A DNA stretch of 64,000 nt from Nitrospirota bacterium (GCA_963710375.1 CAVPZX010000009.1:32001-96000), one strand, 5' to 3'. Shown: positions 20,794-32,184, counted from the stretch's first letter. Notes: generated by a model from the sequence alone, not told the origin. Made by a program: numbers and translations.

Positions 20794-21201
20794 TCATGAA
20801 ATTCCCTTGCTGTTTAAAAAAGGTCCATATTTCTTGTCCATCCCCTTGATATGCAGCATCAGCCAATCCTTGAGAAAATTCATCACTTCAATCGTAAGAA
20901 CGGCCTTACCGGAATGAAACTGACTCCTGAAGTCCATTACCTGTCTGGTCAAGTCGGCATGTTTTGCCTTTTGCTGCAGGTATTCAGGAAAACCGTGTGT
21001 CTTCATCAGGTTTTCTTCGGCTGAGAAATGAATACTGACATAATCGGCTAACCCATTCAGAATATTTTCTATCACATCTTTGCCTTTGCCCGACTTCATA
21101 GCTTCGTGCAAATCATTTATCATACCTATAAGTTTTTTATGCTGGTCATCCATCTCCCTTACATTAACGCTATATTCGTCCGACCATTGGATCAATGACA
21201 T
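20794..21201 (-). CDS. Bacteriohemerythrin
   Basis: WSDEYSV, DDQHKKL, HFSAEE, WLMLHIKGMDKKY. Confidence 0.92.
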   Translation of the reverse strand: MSLIQWSDEYSVNVREMDDQHKKLIGMINDLHEAMKSGKGKDVIENILNGLADYVSIHFSAEENLMKTHGFPEYLQQKAKHADLTRQVMDFRSQFHSGKAVLTIEVMNFLKDWLMLHIKGMDKKYGPFLNSKGIS

Positions 21202-21271
21202 TTGACCATCCCCCTCATTATATTAGTTTCCGCTTTTTGTTCCCAATTATCAGCACGCTAAAATCATCTCC

Positions 21272-21311
21272 ATCAGGACTAATATTATCCAGTTTCAAAT
21301 AGATTTGTCAA
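21272..21311 (-). promoter_or_regulatory. Probable promoter and Rrf2-type operator upstream of hemerythrin-rrf2
   Basis: Minus-strand TTGACA (21306-21311); imperfect palindrome ATCAGGA-CTAATATTA-TCCAGTT over the -10 region. Confidence 0.4.
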
Positions 21312-21333
21312 CAACTTTAATACCGGTAAGGTC

Positions 21334-23032
21334 TCAAAACCTTCCAGAGCGGATGATGGAGATAATAAGCCATATGCCCATGAAAAATGCAAAAGTAAAC
21401 GCGGAAATGGCCAGAATGGAAAAACCGAAAATAGTCGGACCGACACCGGCTGTATGCATTATGGCAGAACTCAAAATCATGGCGCTCACTACCATCGCAA
21501 ACGCAATGCGGTTGCTTGAGCGGTCAATATCTTTTGTGAATTCGGGCAGATTGACGTGATACATTTTTACATGTATGTCGTCCTTCAGTATCTTCTTAAT
21601 TATTTGCTTCATCTGCCGCGGCAACATAGATACAAAATCACTGAATTCCCATATATTCTCTTTAGCCGTTTTGTAAAATCTCGAGGGGCTTATCCTCTTC
21701 TGGATAAGTTTGTCGGCATAAGGCTCTGCAGCGGCAAAAAAATTGAACTTGGGATCAAGCTGCCTGCCTATACTTTCGAGTATGAGCATTGCTTTATCGA
21801 TAAGGAGCAGCTTCTGAAGGCGCTCTTAAATTGTGTTTAATCGCCAGATGGGTGATCGTATCAAGATAGAGGGCAAAGTCCACTTCCTGCAAGGTGATGT
21901 CGTAAATCGGTTCCAGAAAATCGACGAGATCAGACTTGAATTCTCTCCTGAATATTTCGATATCTGTGTGTTCGGGAATTATGCCGAGTGCAATATACTG
22001 ATCAATGATACCGTCGAAATCCTTTCTTATTAGGGCCAGGAAAGTACTGGCCATCGTATCCTTCATCTCATTGGAAACCCTGCCTACGATGCCGAAATCT
22101 ACAAACGCAATGGCGCCGGACGGCATTACAAGTATGTTGCCGGGATGGGGATCAGCATGGAAAAATCCGTCTTCCAGTATCTGTTTAAAAAAGGCGTTGA
22201 CCCCTATTTCGGCCAGATGGGCCCTGTCAACACCCATCCTTTCGATCTCAGCTATATTGTCGATCCGTATGCCGTCTATCCATTCCATTACAAAGGCCTT
22301 TTCTGTCACATATTCGGCGTAAATTTTCGGTATATGTATGTTGGGGTCCTGTTCAAAATTTTTTTTGAACCTCGAACAGTTCCTTGCCTCCTCAACAAAA
22401 TTCATCTCTTTCCTGATAGTCCGGGAAAATTCGTCTACAATACCGAGAGGATTGAAAAACCTGCTATCAGGTACATACCTGTCAAGCAGCCTGGCAATCG
22501 TAAAAAGAATGCTGATATCCGCTTCGATGCGTTCCCTGATTTCAGGACGCTGAACTTTCACGATAACATCGGAGCCGTCGATCAGCGTGGCCCTGTGCAC
22601 CTGGGCAATGGATGCGGCGGCAACAGGCTTTTCGTAAAACGCGCTGAAAGTATTTCCGAGCGGACACCCGAACTCAGTCTCGATGATCCGTTTGGCCTCG
22701 TGTGCGGGAAAGGGGGGTACATCATCCTGCAATTTCTTAAGTTCATCGGCAAACTGGACAGTGATCAAATCAGGCCTGGAAGAAAGGAGTTGTCCAAGCT
22801 TTATAAAGGTTGGGCCGAGATCGGCAAAGGCCATCCTTAAACGACCGGGAACATTCGGACTCTTCAAGGCAGGCCAGGCGCCGAAAGACCGCAGCCGTTT
22901 TTTGAAAGGGATATACCTGCCGAGGTGAATCTGTTCGATTATTTGGCCGAAACCGTATTTAAGAAATACGTTTATTATCTGCTGCAGCCTTCTTGCAGAT
23001 TTATAGGTACGTGAAAACCTAGAAGTATCCAC
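21334..23032 (-). CDS. UbiB/AarF (ABC1) atypical kinase; apparent +1 frameshift at 21812-21813
   Basis: LGPTFIKLGQLLS, AAASIAQVH, VKVQRP, FFHADPHPGN, DFGIVG; removing one T joins the two ORFs (APSELLLIDKAML). Confidence 0.88.
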
Positions 23033-23043
23033 CTGAATAGCTG

Positions 23044-23367
23044 CTACTCTTCCTGCCCTTCTTCGGTAACGCCTTCGAGCTTTCTGACCCGGGCAGAGAG
23101 ATTCTGTACCTTTTTATTAAGCCGCTCAAATTCTTCTTTGGTCGGTATATTCATTTTTTCGAGGGTTTTCGACATAAGCTCCGAGAAATTCTTATTCAGG
23201 TCAGAACTGCCTTTGTCCGCCCTCTCACTCCATTCTTTCACAAATTTTGCGCCTTGCGATTCGCTGAGTTCTCCTTTTCTTACCAACTCATCAATAAATT
23301 CCTTCACCTTTTCCTGGATCCCGAATCCAGCAAGAATGGCATTGCGCACAGAGTCAAAAATAGTCAT
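23044..23367 (-). CDS. Phasin-like (polyhydroxyalkanoate synthesis regulator-like) protein
   Basis: ILAGFG...ELVRKGELS...MNIPTKEEF; usual partner upstream of ubiB-like genes. Confidence 0.7.
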   Translation of the reverse strand: MTIFDSVRNAILAGFGIQEKVKEFIDELVRKGELSESQGAKFVKEWSERADKGSSDLNKNFSELMSKTLEKMNIPTKEEFERLNKKVQNLSARVRKLEGVTEEGQEE

Positions 23368-23386
23368 ATAATCCTCCTTCTAACTA

Positions 23387-23445
23387 CAGGTTAAGGTTAA
23401 GAAAGCTAAGACTATTTATCTTAACCTCAACCTTAACCTTAACCT
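23387..23445. repeat. Inverted tandem-hexamer hairpin element D (AGGTTA type)
   Basis: Left CAGGTTAAGGTTAAG; right CTTAACCTCAACCTTAACCTTAACCT abutting the alaS stop. Confidence 0.8.
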
Positions 23446-26090
23446 CATCCCTGACCTTTCTTTTTAACTATATCATAAACCGACTCAAGTGCTTTGTCCA
23501 GAATATCCATACTCTCAAGATTCGAAACGCCGCCCTGTGCCATTTCCGCCTTGCCTCCGCCCTTGCCACCTACCTGTGCTGCAACATTTTTCAGGAGGTC
23601 TCCGGCGCTGAATTGACCTGCCAGGTCCCTGGTCACTGTTGCCAGCATCGCAGCCTGGCCGTTTTTGCCAGAGGCGAGCACAATGATACCGGAACCAAGC
23701 CGGTCCCGCAAATTATCGGCAAATACCCGCAGGTCTTTTTGTTCAAGTCCGTCCACCCGGCATGAGAGGACTTTCACGCCATTAATGATCTGTACCTTAT
23801 CCATCACCGCCGATGAGTTATGAGAAGCGGCTTTTGCCTTCAGCGCGTCGATCTCCCTATCGCGGTCCTTCAGGTCTGAAAGTAGTTTTTCGACCCGATC
23901 GAAGGGTTTGTCGGTTTTGAGCAGTTCGGCTATGTCCCTGAGATCATCACTCCTCTGTCTTAGGTAATCGAAAGCTGCCTTGCCTGTGAACGCCTCGATC
24001 CTCCTGATGCCTGAAGCCACACTGCCTTCAGAAACAATGATAAAGCTCCCGATGTCGCCGGTTGTGCTGCAGTGGGTCCCGCCGCACAGTTCGGCACTGA
24101 AGCCGGGGACTTTGACCACCCTGACTTTCTCACCGTACTTCTCACCAAAAAGGGCCGTAACGCCTGATTTCAAGGCATCATGGATATCGGCAATCTCTGT
24201 CTCCACCCTTATATTATCGAGTATCTTCCCGTTGACGATGGATTCGATGGACTCGATCTCTTTCCTTTCAAGTGCATAGAAATGAGTAAAATCAAAACGC
24301 ATTCTCTCGGGAGCAACATATGAGCCCGCCTGTTTAACATGCTCTCCCAGAACAGTTCTCAATGCCGTATGGAGGAGGTGGGTCGAGGTATGATTACGCG
24401 CCGTGGCCCTCCGCATTTTCTCGTCAACTGAGGAATGTACCATGTCCCATACCTTAAGCGTTCCGCTATTGATCCTTACTGCATGGGCATGCAGACCGAC
24501 CTCTTTTTTAGTAGTAATAACCTCTGCTTCAACTCCCCCTGGCGAACTGATCAACCCCACGTCACCGGCCTGGCCTCCGGATTCACCATAAAAAGGGGTC
24601 TTATCAAGAAATACCTCGACCTCGTCACCAGCCGATGCAACGTTGACCACTTTTCCCTCTTTCAGTATTGCCTTAACAACCGAGTCCGACTCTAATGAAT
24701 CATACCCGACAAACTCCGTCTCGCCGATTTCCGACACAAGCTCCCTGTATATTGATGCAATGGCTTCATCCTCGCCAACCCAGGAGGCCCGTGCGCGCTC
24801 CCGCTGCACTTCCATTTCTTTTTGGAAGCCTTCCTCGTCAACAGACAGATGGTTATCCATGGCAATATCTCTCGCAAGGTCAAGAGGGAAACCAAAGGTA
24901 TCATACAATTTGAAGAGTTCATCGCCCGGAATTAATTTAACGGACGCCTCCTTTAACTTCACCATTATCTCGTCAAGAATTCTCATGCCCTGTTCGAGGG
25001 TCCTGGTAAATCGCTCCTCTTCGAACAGCAATACCTTTGATGCGCGCGCTTGCTCTCGTGCCAGTCCGGGATAGACATCTCCCATGGCTTCGACAACAGA
25101 ATCCATTAACCGGTATAAATGCGGGTCCCCAAGGCCAAGCAATTTTGCATGCCTTGAAGCCCTCCTGATAATGCGCCTTAGGACATATCCGCGGCCTTCA
25201 TTGGAAGGCATAAGCCCATCGGAAAGCAAAAAAGCCGCTGACCTGAGGTGATCAGCAATGACCCTTATCGATACATCATCATCCGTGTTGCGGCCGTAGG
25301 ACTTTCCCGATGCAGCTGCAATCGATGCTATTATAGGAGCGAAAAGGTCCGTGTCGAAATTATTATGTTTACCCTGAAGAACGGCACTAATCCTCTCCAG
25401 TCCCATACCGGTATCGATGCTGGGCCTGGGAAGCGGGGAAAGCACACCGGACAAATCACGGTTGTACTGCATGAAAACGAGGTTCCAGAGTTCCAGATAC
25501 CTGTCGCAGTCGCACCCAATGGCGCAGTCCGGCTTTCCGCACCCTATTCCCTCTCCCTGGTCGATAATGATCTCCGAGCAGGGGCCGCACGGCCCTGTGT
25601 CTCCCATCTGCCAGAAATTGTCTTTGGCGCCGAGCCTTACGATCCTTCCAGGTGCGATGTCGGTAAGGTCTTTCCATAATGTTTCAGCCTCATCATCTTC
25701 CTGGTAGACAGTTGCCCAGAGCTTATCCTTTGGCAGCGCATACCAACCGGTGAGGAGTTCCCAGGCAAAGAGAATCGCGTCTTTTTTAAAATAATCGCCG
25801 AAGGAGAAATTCCCGAGCATCTCAAAAAAAGTATGGTGCCGGGCCGTGTGCCCTACGTTCTCCAGGTCGCTATGCTTGCCGCCGGCGCGCATGCACTTCT
25901 GGCATGATACCGCCCTCGAATAAGGCCTCTTTTCTTCCCCGAGGAACACAGACTTAAACTGCACCATGCCGGCATTGGTAAACAGCAGCGTAGGATCATT
26001 TTGCGGAATAAGCGACGAACTGCCGACCTTCTCATGTCCCTTTGATATAAAAAACTCGATAAATGTATTTCTTACCTCGATGCTCTTCAT
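23445..26090 (-). CDS. alaS: Alanine--tRNA ligase
   Basis: DPTLLFTNAGMVQFK, HHTFFEMLGNFSFGDYFK, DTGMGLER, NHTSTH, ELCGGTH. Confidence 0.98.
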   Translation of the reverse strand: MKSIEVRNTFIEFFISKGHEKVGSSSLIPQNDPTLLFTNAGMVQFKSVFLGEEKRPYSRAVSCQKCMRAGGKHSDLENVGHTARHHTFFEMLGNFSFGDYFKKDAILFAWELLTGWYALPKDKLWATVYQEDDEAETLWKDLTDIAPGRIVRLGAKDNFWQMGDTGPCGPCSEIIIDQGEGIGCGKPDCAIGCDCDRYLELWNLVFMQYNRDLSGVLSPLPRPSIDTGMGLERISAVLQGKHNNFDTDLFAPIIASIAAASGKSYGRNTDDDVSIRVIADHLRSAAFLLSDGLMPSNEGRGYVLRRIIRRASRHAKLLGLGDPHLYRLMDSVVEAMGDVYPGLAREQARASKVLLFEEERFTRTLEQGMRILDEIMVKLKEASVKLIPGDELFKLYDTFGFPLDLARDIAMDNHLSVDEEGFQKEMEVQRERARASWVGEDEAIASIYRELVSEIGETEFVGYDSLESDSVVKAILKEGKVVNVASAGDEVEVFLDKTPFYGESGGQAGDVGLISSPGGVEAEVITTKKEVGLHAHAVRINSGTLKVWDMVHSSVDEKMRRATARNHTSTHLLHTALRTVLGEHVKQAGSYVAPERMRFDFTHFYALERKEIESIESIVNGKILDNIRVETEIADIHDALKSGVTALFGEKYGEKVRVVKVPGFSAELCGGTHCSTTGDIGSFIIVSEGSVASGIRRIEAFTGKAAFDYLRQRSDDLRDIAELLKTDKPFDRVEKLLSDLKDRDREIDALKAKAASHNSSAVMDKVQIINGVKVLSCRVDGLEQKDLRVFADNLRDRLGSGIIVLASGKNGQAAMLATVTRDLAGQFSAGDLLKNVAAQVGGKGGGKAEMAQGGVSNLESMDILDKALESVYDIVKKKGQG

Positions 26091-26443
26091 TGACCTTGCT
26101 TTACCCTTCCAGGCTCTGAGCTGATAACGAAGAAAAGTTTCCCGTCAATGAAGGTAAGCCTCGTTTTCAATGCTCCCATTACGGAAGAATATACCCACTC
26201 CTCTCTTTGCTTCCCGTCTTCCGGAGTGAGGCTCCTAACCTGATCTGGAGATCCCAGGGCATACCGCACCTGCTGGGGCGTCATGCCAGGCAAGATCTCT
26301 CCCTTTGCAATCTTTTCCTGTACCTGGGGTGGATAATCTTTTATCTCCTCAGGAGAATACCGTGCGGTTGACGCACAACCGCCCAAAAAAACAGCCATAA
26401 CAAATAAAAAAAACCACACAGTCCTGACACTGTCCCCTCTCAT
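26087..26443 (-). CDS. Lipoprotein, SmpA/BamE-like fold
   Basis: Lipobox LGGC; GMTPQQVRYALGSP...EEWVY. Confidence 0.7.
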   Translation of the reverse strand: MRGDSVRTVWFFLFVMAVFLGGCASTARYSPEEIKDYPPQVQEKIAKGEILPGMTPQQVRYALGSPDQVRSLTPEDGKQREEWVYSSVMGALKTRLTFIDGKLFFVISSEPGRVKQGQ

Positions 26444-26464
26444 ACCCTTCCTCCTTTTACAAAC

Positions 26465-26551
26465 AATTACGAATTAAGAATCACGAATTAAGAATTCTGG
26501 AAAAAATCTTATATTCACTTATTCATAATTCATAATTCGTAATTCATAATT
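26465..26551. repeat. Inverted tandem-heptamer hairpin element E (AATTACG/AATTAAG type), overlapping the recX 3' end
   Basis: Left AATTACG AATTAAG AATCACG AATTAAG AATT; right ATTCATA ATTCATA ATTCGTA ATTCATA ATT. Confidence 0.75.
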
Positions 26552-27003
26552 TTCTTCAGTACCTGCCGAATCTCATCAGACGTGAAACCGCGCCGCGCAA
26601 GAAGCCCCAACAGACGCCTCTTTATAGTCACGCTGTCCAGACGCCCCATGGAGCGCATTTTCTTTTCCGCAAGCTGCATCGCAGCGCCAAGGTAGTCGTT
26701 GTCCGATTCAGCCATCTCATCTGCAATATCCTTTGCAATACCCCGCCGTATGAGGTAGCTCCTGACACCCTGGGCCCCGAAATGCCTCCTCTCAACAGCA
26801 TCTCGTTTAAGCAGTTCGGCAAGCCTCCGGTCATCTATAAACGCCTTTTCCTCAAGATAAGCGATAGTCCCTTCAACTACATTCTTTGGGAAGCCTTTAC
26901 CAGTCAGCTTTTGGCGCATCTCGCTCATGCTTCTGTCGCGGTAGCCGAGAATCTTCAGCGCATATTTCAGAGCATTGCCAAAACTATCGTCCACTTCATG
27001 CAT
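26530..27003 (-). CDS. recX: Regulatory protein RecX
   Basis: ALKILGYRDRS..EMRQKL, IDDRR, LARRGF; directly downstream of recA. Confidence 0.9.
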   Translation of the reverse strand: MHEVDDSFGNALKYALKILGYRDRSMSEMRQKLTGKGFPKNVVEGTIAYLEEKAFIDDRRLAELLKRDAVERRHFGAQGVRSYLIRRGIAKDIADEMAESDNDYLGAAMQLAEKKMRSMGRLDSVTIKRRLLGLLARRGFTSDEIRQVLKKIMNYEL

Positions 27004-27081
27004 AGGTTAAGGTTGAGGTCAAGGTTGAGGACAAAAGGTTAGTTTTTCGATTTTCTTAACCTCAGCCTTAACCTTAACCTT
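27003..27081. repeat. Inverted tandem-hexamer hairpin element F (AGGTTA type)
   Basis: Left TAGGTT AAGGTT GAGGTC AAGGTT GAGG; right CTTAACCT CAGCCT TAACCT TAACCTT. Confidence 0.8.
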
Positions 27082-27085
27082 CTGT

Positions 27086-28112
27086 TTATTTTCCTGCCTC
27101 AGCCTTCTCTTCCCGCTTCAGCCCGTATGCTTCGATTATTTTCTTCTCTATCTCAGCAGCCACAGAAGGATTATTCTTCAGGTATTCCCGCACATTGTCC
27201 CTGCCCTGTCCTATCCTGTTGCCGCCGTAGCTGTACCACGCGCCGGCCTTTTCAATAATGCCCTTTTCAGCCTCCGAGATCGATAATCTCTCCTGCCTTT
27301 GATATGCCCTCATTAAAATATATGTCAAACTCTGCCTGCCTGAACGGAGGGGCAACCTTGTTTTTCACAATCTTGACGCGGACACGTCCGCCAATTACCT
27401 CCTGGCCGTCCTTGAGGTTGTCGATCCTTCTGATATCAAGCCTCATTGACGAGTAAAACTTCAATGCATTTCCGCCTGTCGTCGTTTCAGGATTTCCGAA
27501 CATAACCCCTATTTTCATCCGTATCTGGTTGATGAATACTATTGTTGTCAGAGATTTTGAGATTGCCGCCGTCAGCTTTCTCATGGCCTGGCTCATGAGC
27601 CTTGCCTGCAGGCCGGGAAGCGAATCACCCATATCCCCTTCGATTTCAGCTTTCGGCACCAGCGCGGCAACAGAGTCCACCACCACTATATCGACAGCTC
27701 CGCTTCTGACTAGAGTTTCAGCAACTTCGAGTGCCTGTTCGCCCGTGTCCGGCTGAGATACCAAAAGGTCTTCAATATTAACACCGAGCCTTGATGCGTA
27801 ATTGATATCAAGCGCATGCTCTGCATCAATAAATGCGGCGACTCCTCCGGTTTTTTGCGCCTCAGCTATCGCCTTCAGCGCAAGAGTTGTCTTTCCCGAT
27901 GACTCAGGCCCATATATCTCGACAACTCTTCCCCTCGGCAAGCCGCCGATGCCGGTGGCAATATCCAGAGAGATTGAACCAGTAGATATAACCTGTATCC
28001 CTTCTGCCACGCCCCCTGAACCGAGACGCATTATGGCCCCTTTTCCGAAGTTTTTTTCGATCTGGGAAATTGCCACTTCCAGGGCCTTTACTTTATCCTT
28101 GTTCATCATCAC
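27086..28112 (-). CDS. recA: Recombinase RecA; apparent +1 frameshift at 27271-27272
   Basis: [30 protein letters not shown]; removing one base restores [20 protein letters not shown]. Confidence 0.97.
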
Positions 28113-28681
28113 GCCTCCGTTTTGCGTTGTCCTAATTTAAAACCGGCTATTTTTGAATATTCTGCCCCGCCCGGTTTCAATGTGCTCTTCATGAGCAGGG
28201 TTTCCCCAACTGTTATAGTACCAAAAACCGAGTCCTTAAATGTAATCCATTCCCTGATTACAGCCTCAAGACCGTCCATGCTCTTTATCCTTCCGATGGT
28301 AAGATGAGGAGAAAACCGCTTCTCTTCCCTTTCAAACCCAAGTTCAGCCATCGACTGTTCGATGTCCCGGTTAAGGAGACTCAAAGGTTCCGACTCATCA
28401 ATGCCCACCCACAAGACATTGGGCCGGCGCAGATTCGGAAATCCTCCACTGCCTCTTACTGTAAGTGCAAACGGGGCGTGCCTACTGCAAAGCAGCGGAA
28501 GCCTCTCCTGTATTTGAAGCAACATAGCGTTGTCTGTCTCACCAAGGAACTTAAGTGTCAAATGTACATGGTCAGGAGGAACCCATCTCACGCCTTTTGA
28601 CAGCCCCCTCATTTGTTCTATTGCCCCGCCGATCGAAAACCGCACCTCTTCAGAGACATCGATGGCGACAAAACATCTCAT
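28109..28681 (-). CDS. thpR: RNA 2',3'-cyclic phosphodiesterase (2H family)
   Basis: Two HxT motifs ([15 protein letters not shown]); ATGA overlap with pgpA. Confidence 0.9.
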   Translation of the reverse strand: MRCFVAIDVSEEVRFSIGGAIEQMRGLSKGVRWVPPDHVHLTLKFLGETDNAMLLQIQERLPLLCSRHAPFALTVRGSGGFPNLRRPNVLWVGIDESEPLSLLNRDIEQSMAELGFEREEKRFSPHLTIGRIKSMDGLEAVIREWITFKDSVFGTITVGETLLMKSTLKPGGAEYSKIAGFKLGQRKTEA

Positions 28682-29133
28682 GCAACTGTCCTCCATAGCT
28701 GCAGAAGGAGGTTTGTCATCAATCCTGCTGCCGCATCATCGAGCATAACACCCAGGCCGCCTTTTACAGCCCGCTCAATATTTCTGATGGGAGAAGGCTT
28801 TAGTATATCGAAAAACCTGAACAAAAAAAAGGCCGCGACCAAATATCCCGCTGTCAGAGGGAGCGAAAAAACAGAGATCACAAATCCGGTAAATTCATCG
28901 ATAACAATGCGGCCGCTATCCTCGCCGAAAATACTTTCAGCAACGTGAGCGGTTACCGTACCCAGCCCAAAAAGAACAACCGCAAGAACGCCTTGCAACT
29001 GTATGTCAGGTTTCAAAAGCCAAATACATATTAAGGCAGCCAGGCTCCCGAATGTGCCCGATGCAATAGGGATATAACCGATAAAGAAGACCGTTGCGAT
29101 AACTTTTGACAGTGATCTGAAAAAACCGTCCAT
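28678..29133 (-). CDS. pgpA: Phosphatidylglycerophosphatase A
   Basis: SGTFGS, IVIDEF, FRFFDILKP, GVMLDD. Confidence 0.92.
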   Translation of the reverse strand: MDGFFRSLSKVIATVFFIGYIPIASGTFGSLAALICIWLLKPDIQLQGVLAVVLFGLGTVTAHVAESIFGEDSGRIVIDEFTGFVISVFSLPLTAGYLVAAFFLFRFFDILKPSPIRNIERAVKGGLGVMLDDAAAGLMTNLLLQLWRTVA

Positions 29134-29368
29134 AGCGTCTTATTTTATCATAAAAATTTCAACCACAGCCGGAATACCTCTTTATATCTGCAGAGGTATA
29201 ATGCAAACTGCGCCTGATAACATTCAAAGACAGGGAGAACCGGTGAGGACTTCCTATATTGCTTTTTTTGTGTCATTAATGATAATTTTCCCAGTATTTT
29301 GATGTCTTCGGCAAAGTGGATCAGGAATTCCCAAGTTGATGGGAATAGAGAGGAATTAGTGATATATA

Positions 29369-31036
29369 ATGCTTGAACGATTTGTTTCAAAGATAGATTT
29401 CACGTCATATGAAGACTTTGTTGAAAACTTCCGCATTGTCGTACCGGACAACTTCAACTTCGCTTACGATGTAGTCGATGTGTTGGCGTTGCGTTATCCA
29501 GACAAAGTCGCGATGGTATGGTGTGACGATAAAGGCGGAGAAGCGACGTTCACCTTTGGTCAATTAAAGGAATACAGTGACAGGGCGGCAAATTTATTCT
29601 CGTCAAGGGGGATACTGAAAGGCGACCCTGTGATGCTTATCCTCAAGAGGCGTTTCGAGTTCTGGATCTGCATCCTTGCTCTCCATAAACTCGGCGCTAT
29701 AGCTATCCCGGCGACACATCTGCTCACTGCAAAAGATATTGCATACCGGAATAACGCTGCTGACATAAGGATGATAGTCAGCGTGGCTGATGCCGATGTC
29801 ATTTCTCACATAGAGGAATCCGAAGCTCAATCCCTCTCGCTTTTTTTGAAGGTACTTGTTGGCGCAAGCCGGGACGGCTGGATCGACTTTAACGCGGAAA
29901 TGGAGCGTGCGCCATCGACTTTTGATCGCCCGCGCGGCAATTCCGCTACTTCAAACAGCGATATCCTGCTGATCTATTTCACATCCGGTACGACGGGTAT
30001 GCCCAAGATGGTACAGCATAACTTTACATATCCTCTCGGCCACATACTAACTGCTAAATACTGGCAGAACGTGCAAGAGGACGGGCTGCACTGCACCCTG
30101 GCAGACACCGGCTGGGCAAAGGCTGCCTGGGGGAAAATCTACGGCCAGTGGATTGCCGGATGTGCGGTATTTGTGCATGACTATGACAAATTCCATCCAC
30201 ACAGACTTATCGATGTACTGGTAAAGTACGGTGTCACTTCTTTTTGTGGTCCGCCTACTGTTTACCGTTTCCTGATCAAGGAAGACCTTTCAAAATATAA
30301 TTTCGGGAAGCTCAATTACTGCACAGTTGCCGGTGAGCCGCTGAATCCCGAGGTCTATTCCCAATTCCTCAAGGCCACGGGGATCAAACTTATGGAAGGT
30401 TATGGGCAGACTGAGACGACCGTCGCTATCGGAACCTTTCCATGGGTGGAGCCCAAACCCGGCTCGATGGGTAGACCGTCCCCTTGGTATGACATCGACA
30501 TTGTCGACGACAAAGGCAATTCCTGCGGTATCGGAGAGGTAGGACAGATAGTGATTCGCACCGGAAAAAGAATGCCGGTTGGGATTTTTGACGGATACTA
30601 CCGGGATTCTGACCGTACGGCGAGTGTTTGGCGGAACGGAATTTATTGCACGGGAGATATGGCCTCGCGCGATGAAGACGGATATTACTGGTTCGTGGGA
30701 AGGGCCGACGATCTCATTAAAAGTTCCGGGTACCGGATCGGGCCTTTCGAGGTCGAAAGCGCCCTTGTGGAGCATCCGGCAGTTCTGGAATGTGCAATTA
30801 CAGCTGTTCCCGACGCGCTAAGGGGTCAGGTTGTCAAGGCATCGGTTGTTTTGGCGAAAGGATACGTCGCGAGCCGTGGGCTTGCAAAGGAACTGCAGGA
30901 ACATGTGAAGAAAGTGACGGCGCCTTATAAATATCCGAGAATAGTTGAGTTTGTAAACGAACTGCCGAAAACGATCAGCGGCAAGATCCGAAGGGTCGAG
31001 ATTCGGGAGAGAGAAAAAAATAAAAATCATTATTAA
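29369..31036 (+). CDS. AMP-forming acyl/acetyl-CoA synthetase
   Basis: [36 protein letters not shown]. Confidence 0.9.
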   Translation: MLERFVSKIDFTSYEDFVENFRIVVPDNFNFAYDVVDVLALRYPDKVAMVWCDDKGGEATFTFGQLKEYSDRAANLFSSRGILKGDPVMLILKRRFEFWICILALHKLGAIAIPATHLLTAKDIAYRNNAADIRMIVSVADADVISHIEESEAQSLSLFLKVLVGASRDGWIDFNAEMERAPSTFDRPRGNSATSNSDILLIYFTSGTTGMPKMVQHNFTYPLGHILTAKYWQNVQEDGLHCTLADTGWAKAAWGKIYGQWIAGCAVFVHDYDKFHPHRLIDVLVKYGVTSFCGPPTVYRFLIKEDLSKYNFGKLNYCTVAGEPLNPEVYSQFLKATGIKLMEGYGQTETTVAIGTFPWVEPKPGSMGRPSPWYDIDIVDDKGNSCGIGEVGQIVIRTGKRMPVGIFDGYYRDSDRTASVWRNGIYCTGDMASRDEDGYYWFVGRADDLIKSSGYRIGPFEVESALVEHPAVLECAITAVPDALRGQVVKASVVLAKGYVASRGLAKELQEHVKKVTAPYKYPRIVEFVNELPKTISGKIRRVEIREREKNKNHY

Positions 31037-31038
31037 TT

Positions 31039-31539
31039 ATGCAGGAAGAATTACTCGAAATAGTTGATAAAGAAGGCAAGGCCCTGGGAGTTGCTCCGCG
31101 GTCCTCAATACACGGCAACCCTTCCCTGCTCCACAAGGTTGTTCACGTGCTTGTATTTAACAGCCTTGGTGAACTACTGCTCCAAAAACGCTCAATGAGC
31201 AAAGACGTTGAGCCAGGCAAATGGGACACCTCTGTCGGAGGACATGTATCGGCTGCGGAAGAGATATCTTCAGCCGTTGATAGAGAAATGAAGGAGGAAC
31301 TTGGTATTGATACCTGCGAACTACGTTTTTTATACTCCTATATCCATTCCAACACATATGAGAGTGAGCTTGTCTTTACGTACTCCTGCATCCACAATGG
31401 CCCATATTCATTCAATGCAGGGGAAATAGACGCCGTGAAATTCTGGAGAATTGAAGAAATAAAAAATGTCCTCGGAACAGATGTTCTCAGCATCCACTTT
31501 GAAGATGAGTTTGCAAAATACCTGGCTTTCAGTGCTTAG
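31039..31539 (+). CDS. NUDIX hydrolase (IDI/YfcD-like)
   Basis: LLQKRS..KD..PGKWDTSVGGH...REMKEELG. Confidence 0.88.
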   Translation: MQEELLEIVDKEGKALGVAPRSSIHGNPSLLHKVVHVLVFNSLGELLLQKRSMSKDVEPGKWDTSVGGHVSAAEEISSAVDREMKEELGIDTCELRFLYSYIHSNTYESELVFTYSCIHNGPYSFNAGEIDAVKFWRIEEIKNVLGTDVLSIHFEDEFAKYLAFSA

Positions 31540-31548
31540 GGCTAGCCC

Positions 31549-32184
31549 TTAGACCCCTCTCTCTTCAGGGCCATAAATATATTTGTGCAACTGAAGGTTG
31601 AGCCGGGCACGAAGCCTGTCATCGAGCATCCATTTGGAGAGGTCCCTTGGTGAAAATACCCCGAAAACCGGCGACAGCAGGATTGTGCACTTGTCCGACA
31701 GTCCATGCTTTCTTATAAAATCTCTAGTCCATTCATAATCCCTTCTATCGGCAATCACAAACTTGAGTTCATCCTGCGATTTCAATAGTCTTAGATTCTC
31801 AAAGTCCATCATCTCGCACATCCCGCTCCCGGGAGTTTTAATGTCCATAATTATTATTGCCCGGCGGTCCACACCGCCGACGCTTACACTTCCATTTGTT
31901 TCAACCAACACATTAAGACCGCTGTCAAGCAGCCTTTTTATCAGCGGCAATACATCCTTCTGCATCAGCGGCTCGCCACCTGTGATCTCAACAAGGCCTA
32001 TCCCATACGATACCGCCTGCTTAAAGACGTCATCTTCGGTCAGCTCCGTGCCTTCTTCGTACGCATAAGTAGTGTCACAGTAAACACACCGCAAATTACA
32101 GCCGCTCATCCTGATAAAAACGCATGGCAGCCCTGCATAGGTTGATTCACCCTGCATGCTCAAAAAAATTTCACAAACCTTCAC
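31549..32184 (-). CDS. queE: 7-carboxy-7-deazaguanine synthase (radical SAM)
   Basis: EIFLSMQGE, GCNLRCVYCDT, ITGGEP, ETNG, LQLHK; probable GTG start at 32184. Confidence 0.92.
   Translation of the reverse strand: MKVCEIFLSMQGESTYAGLPCVFIRMSGCNLRCVYCDTTYAYEEGTELTEDDVFKQAVSYGIGLVEITGGEPLMQKDVLPLIKRLLDSGLNVLVETNGSVSVGGVDRRAIIIMDIKTPGSGMCEMMDFENLRLLKSQDELKFVIADRRDYEWTRDFIRKHGLSDKCTILLSPVFGVFSPRDLSKWMLDDRLRARLNLQLHKYIYGPEERGV

Noticed and set aside
27086..28112. recA and the other five split genes as true pseudogenes or programmed frameshifts
   Set aside because: Each has one lesion, no slippery sequence and no other decay, and all share the AGCT context; a systematic sequencing artefact is more economical.
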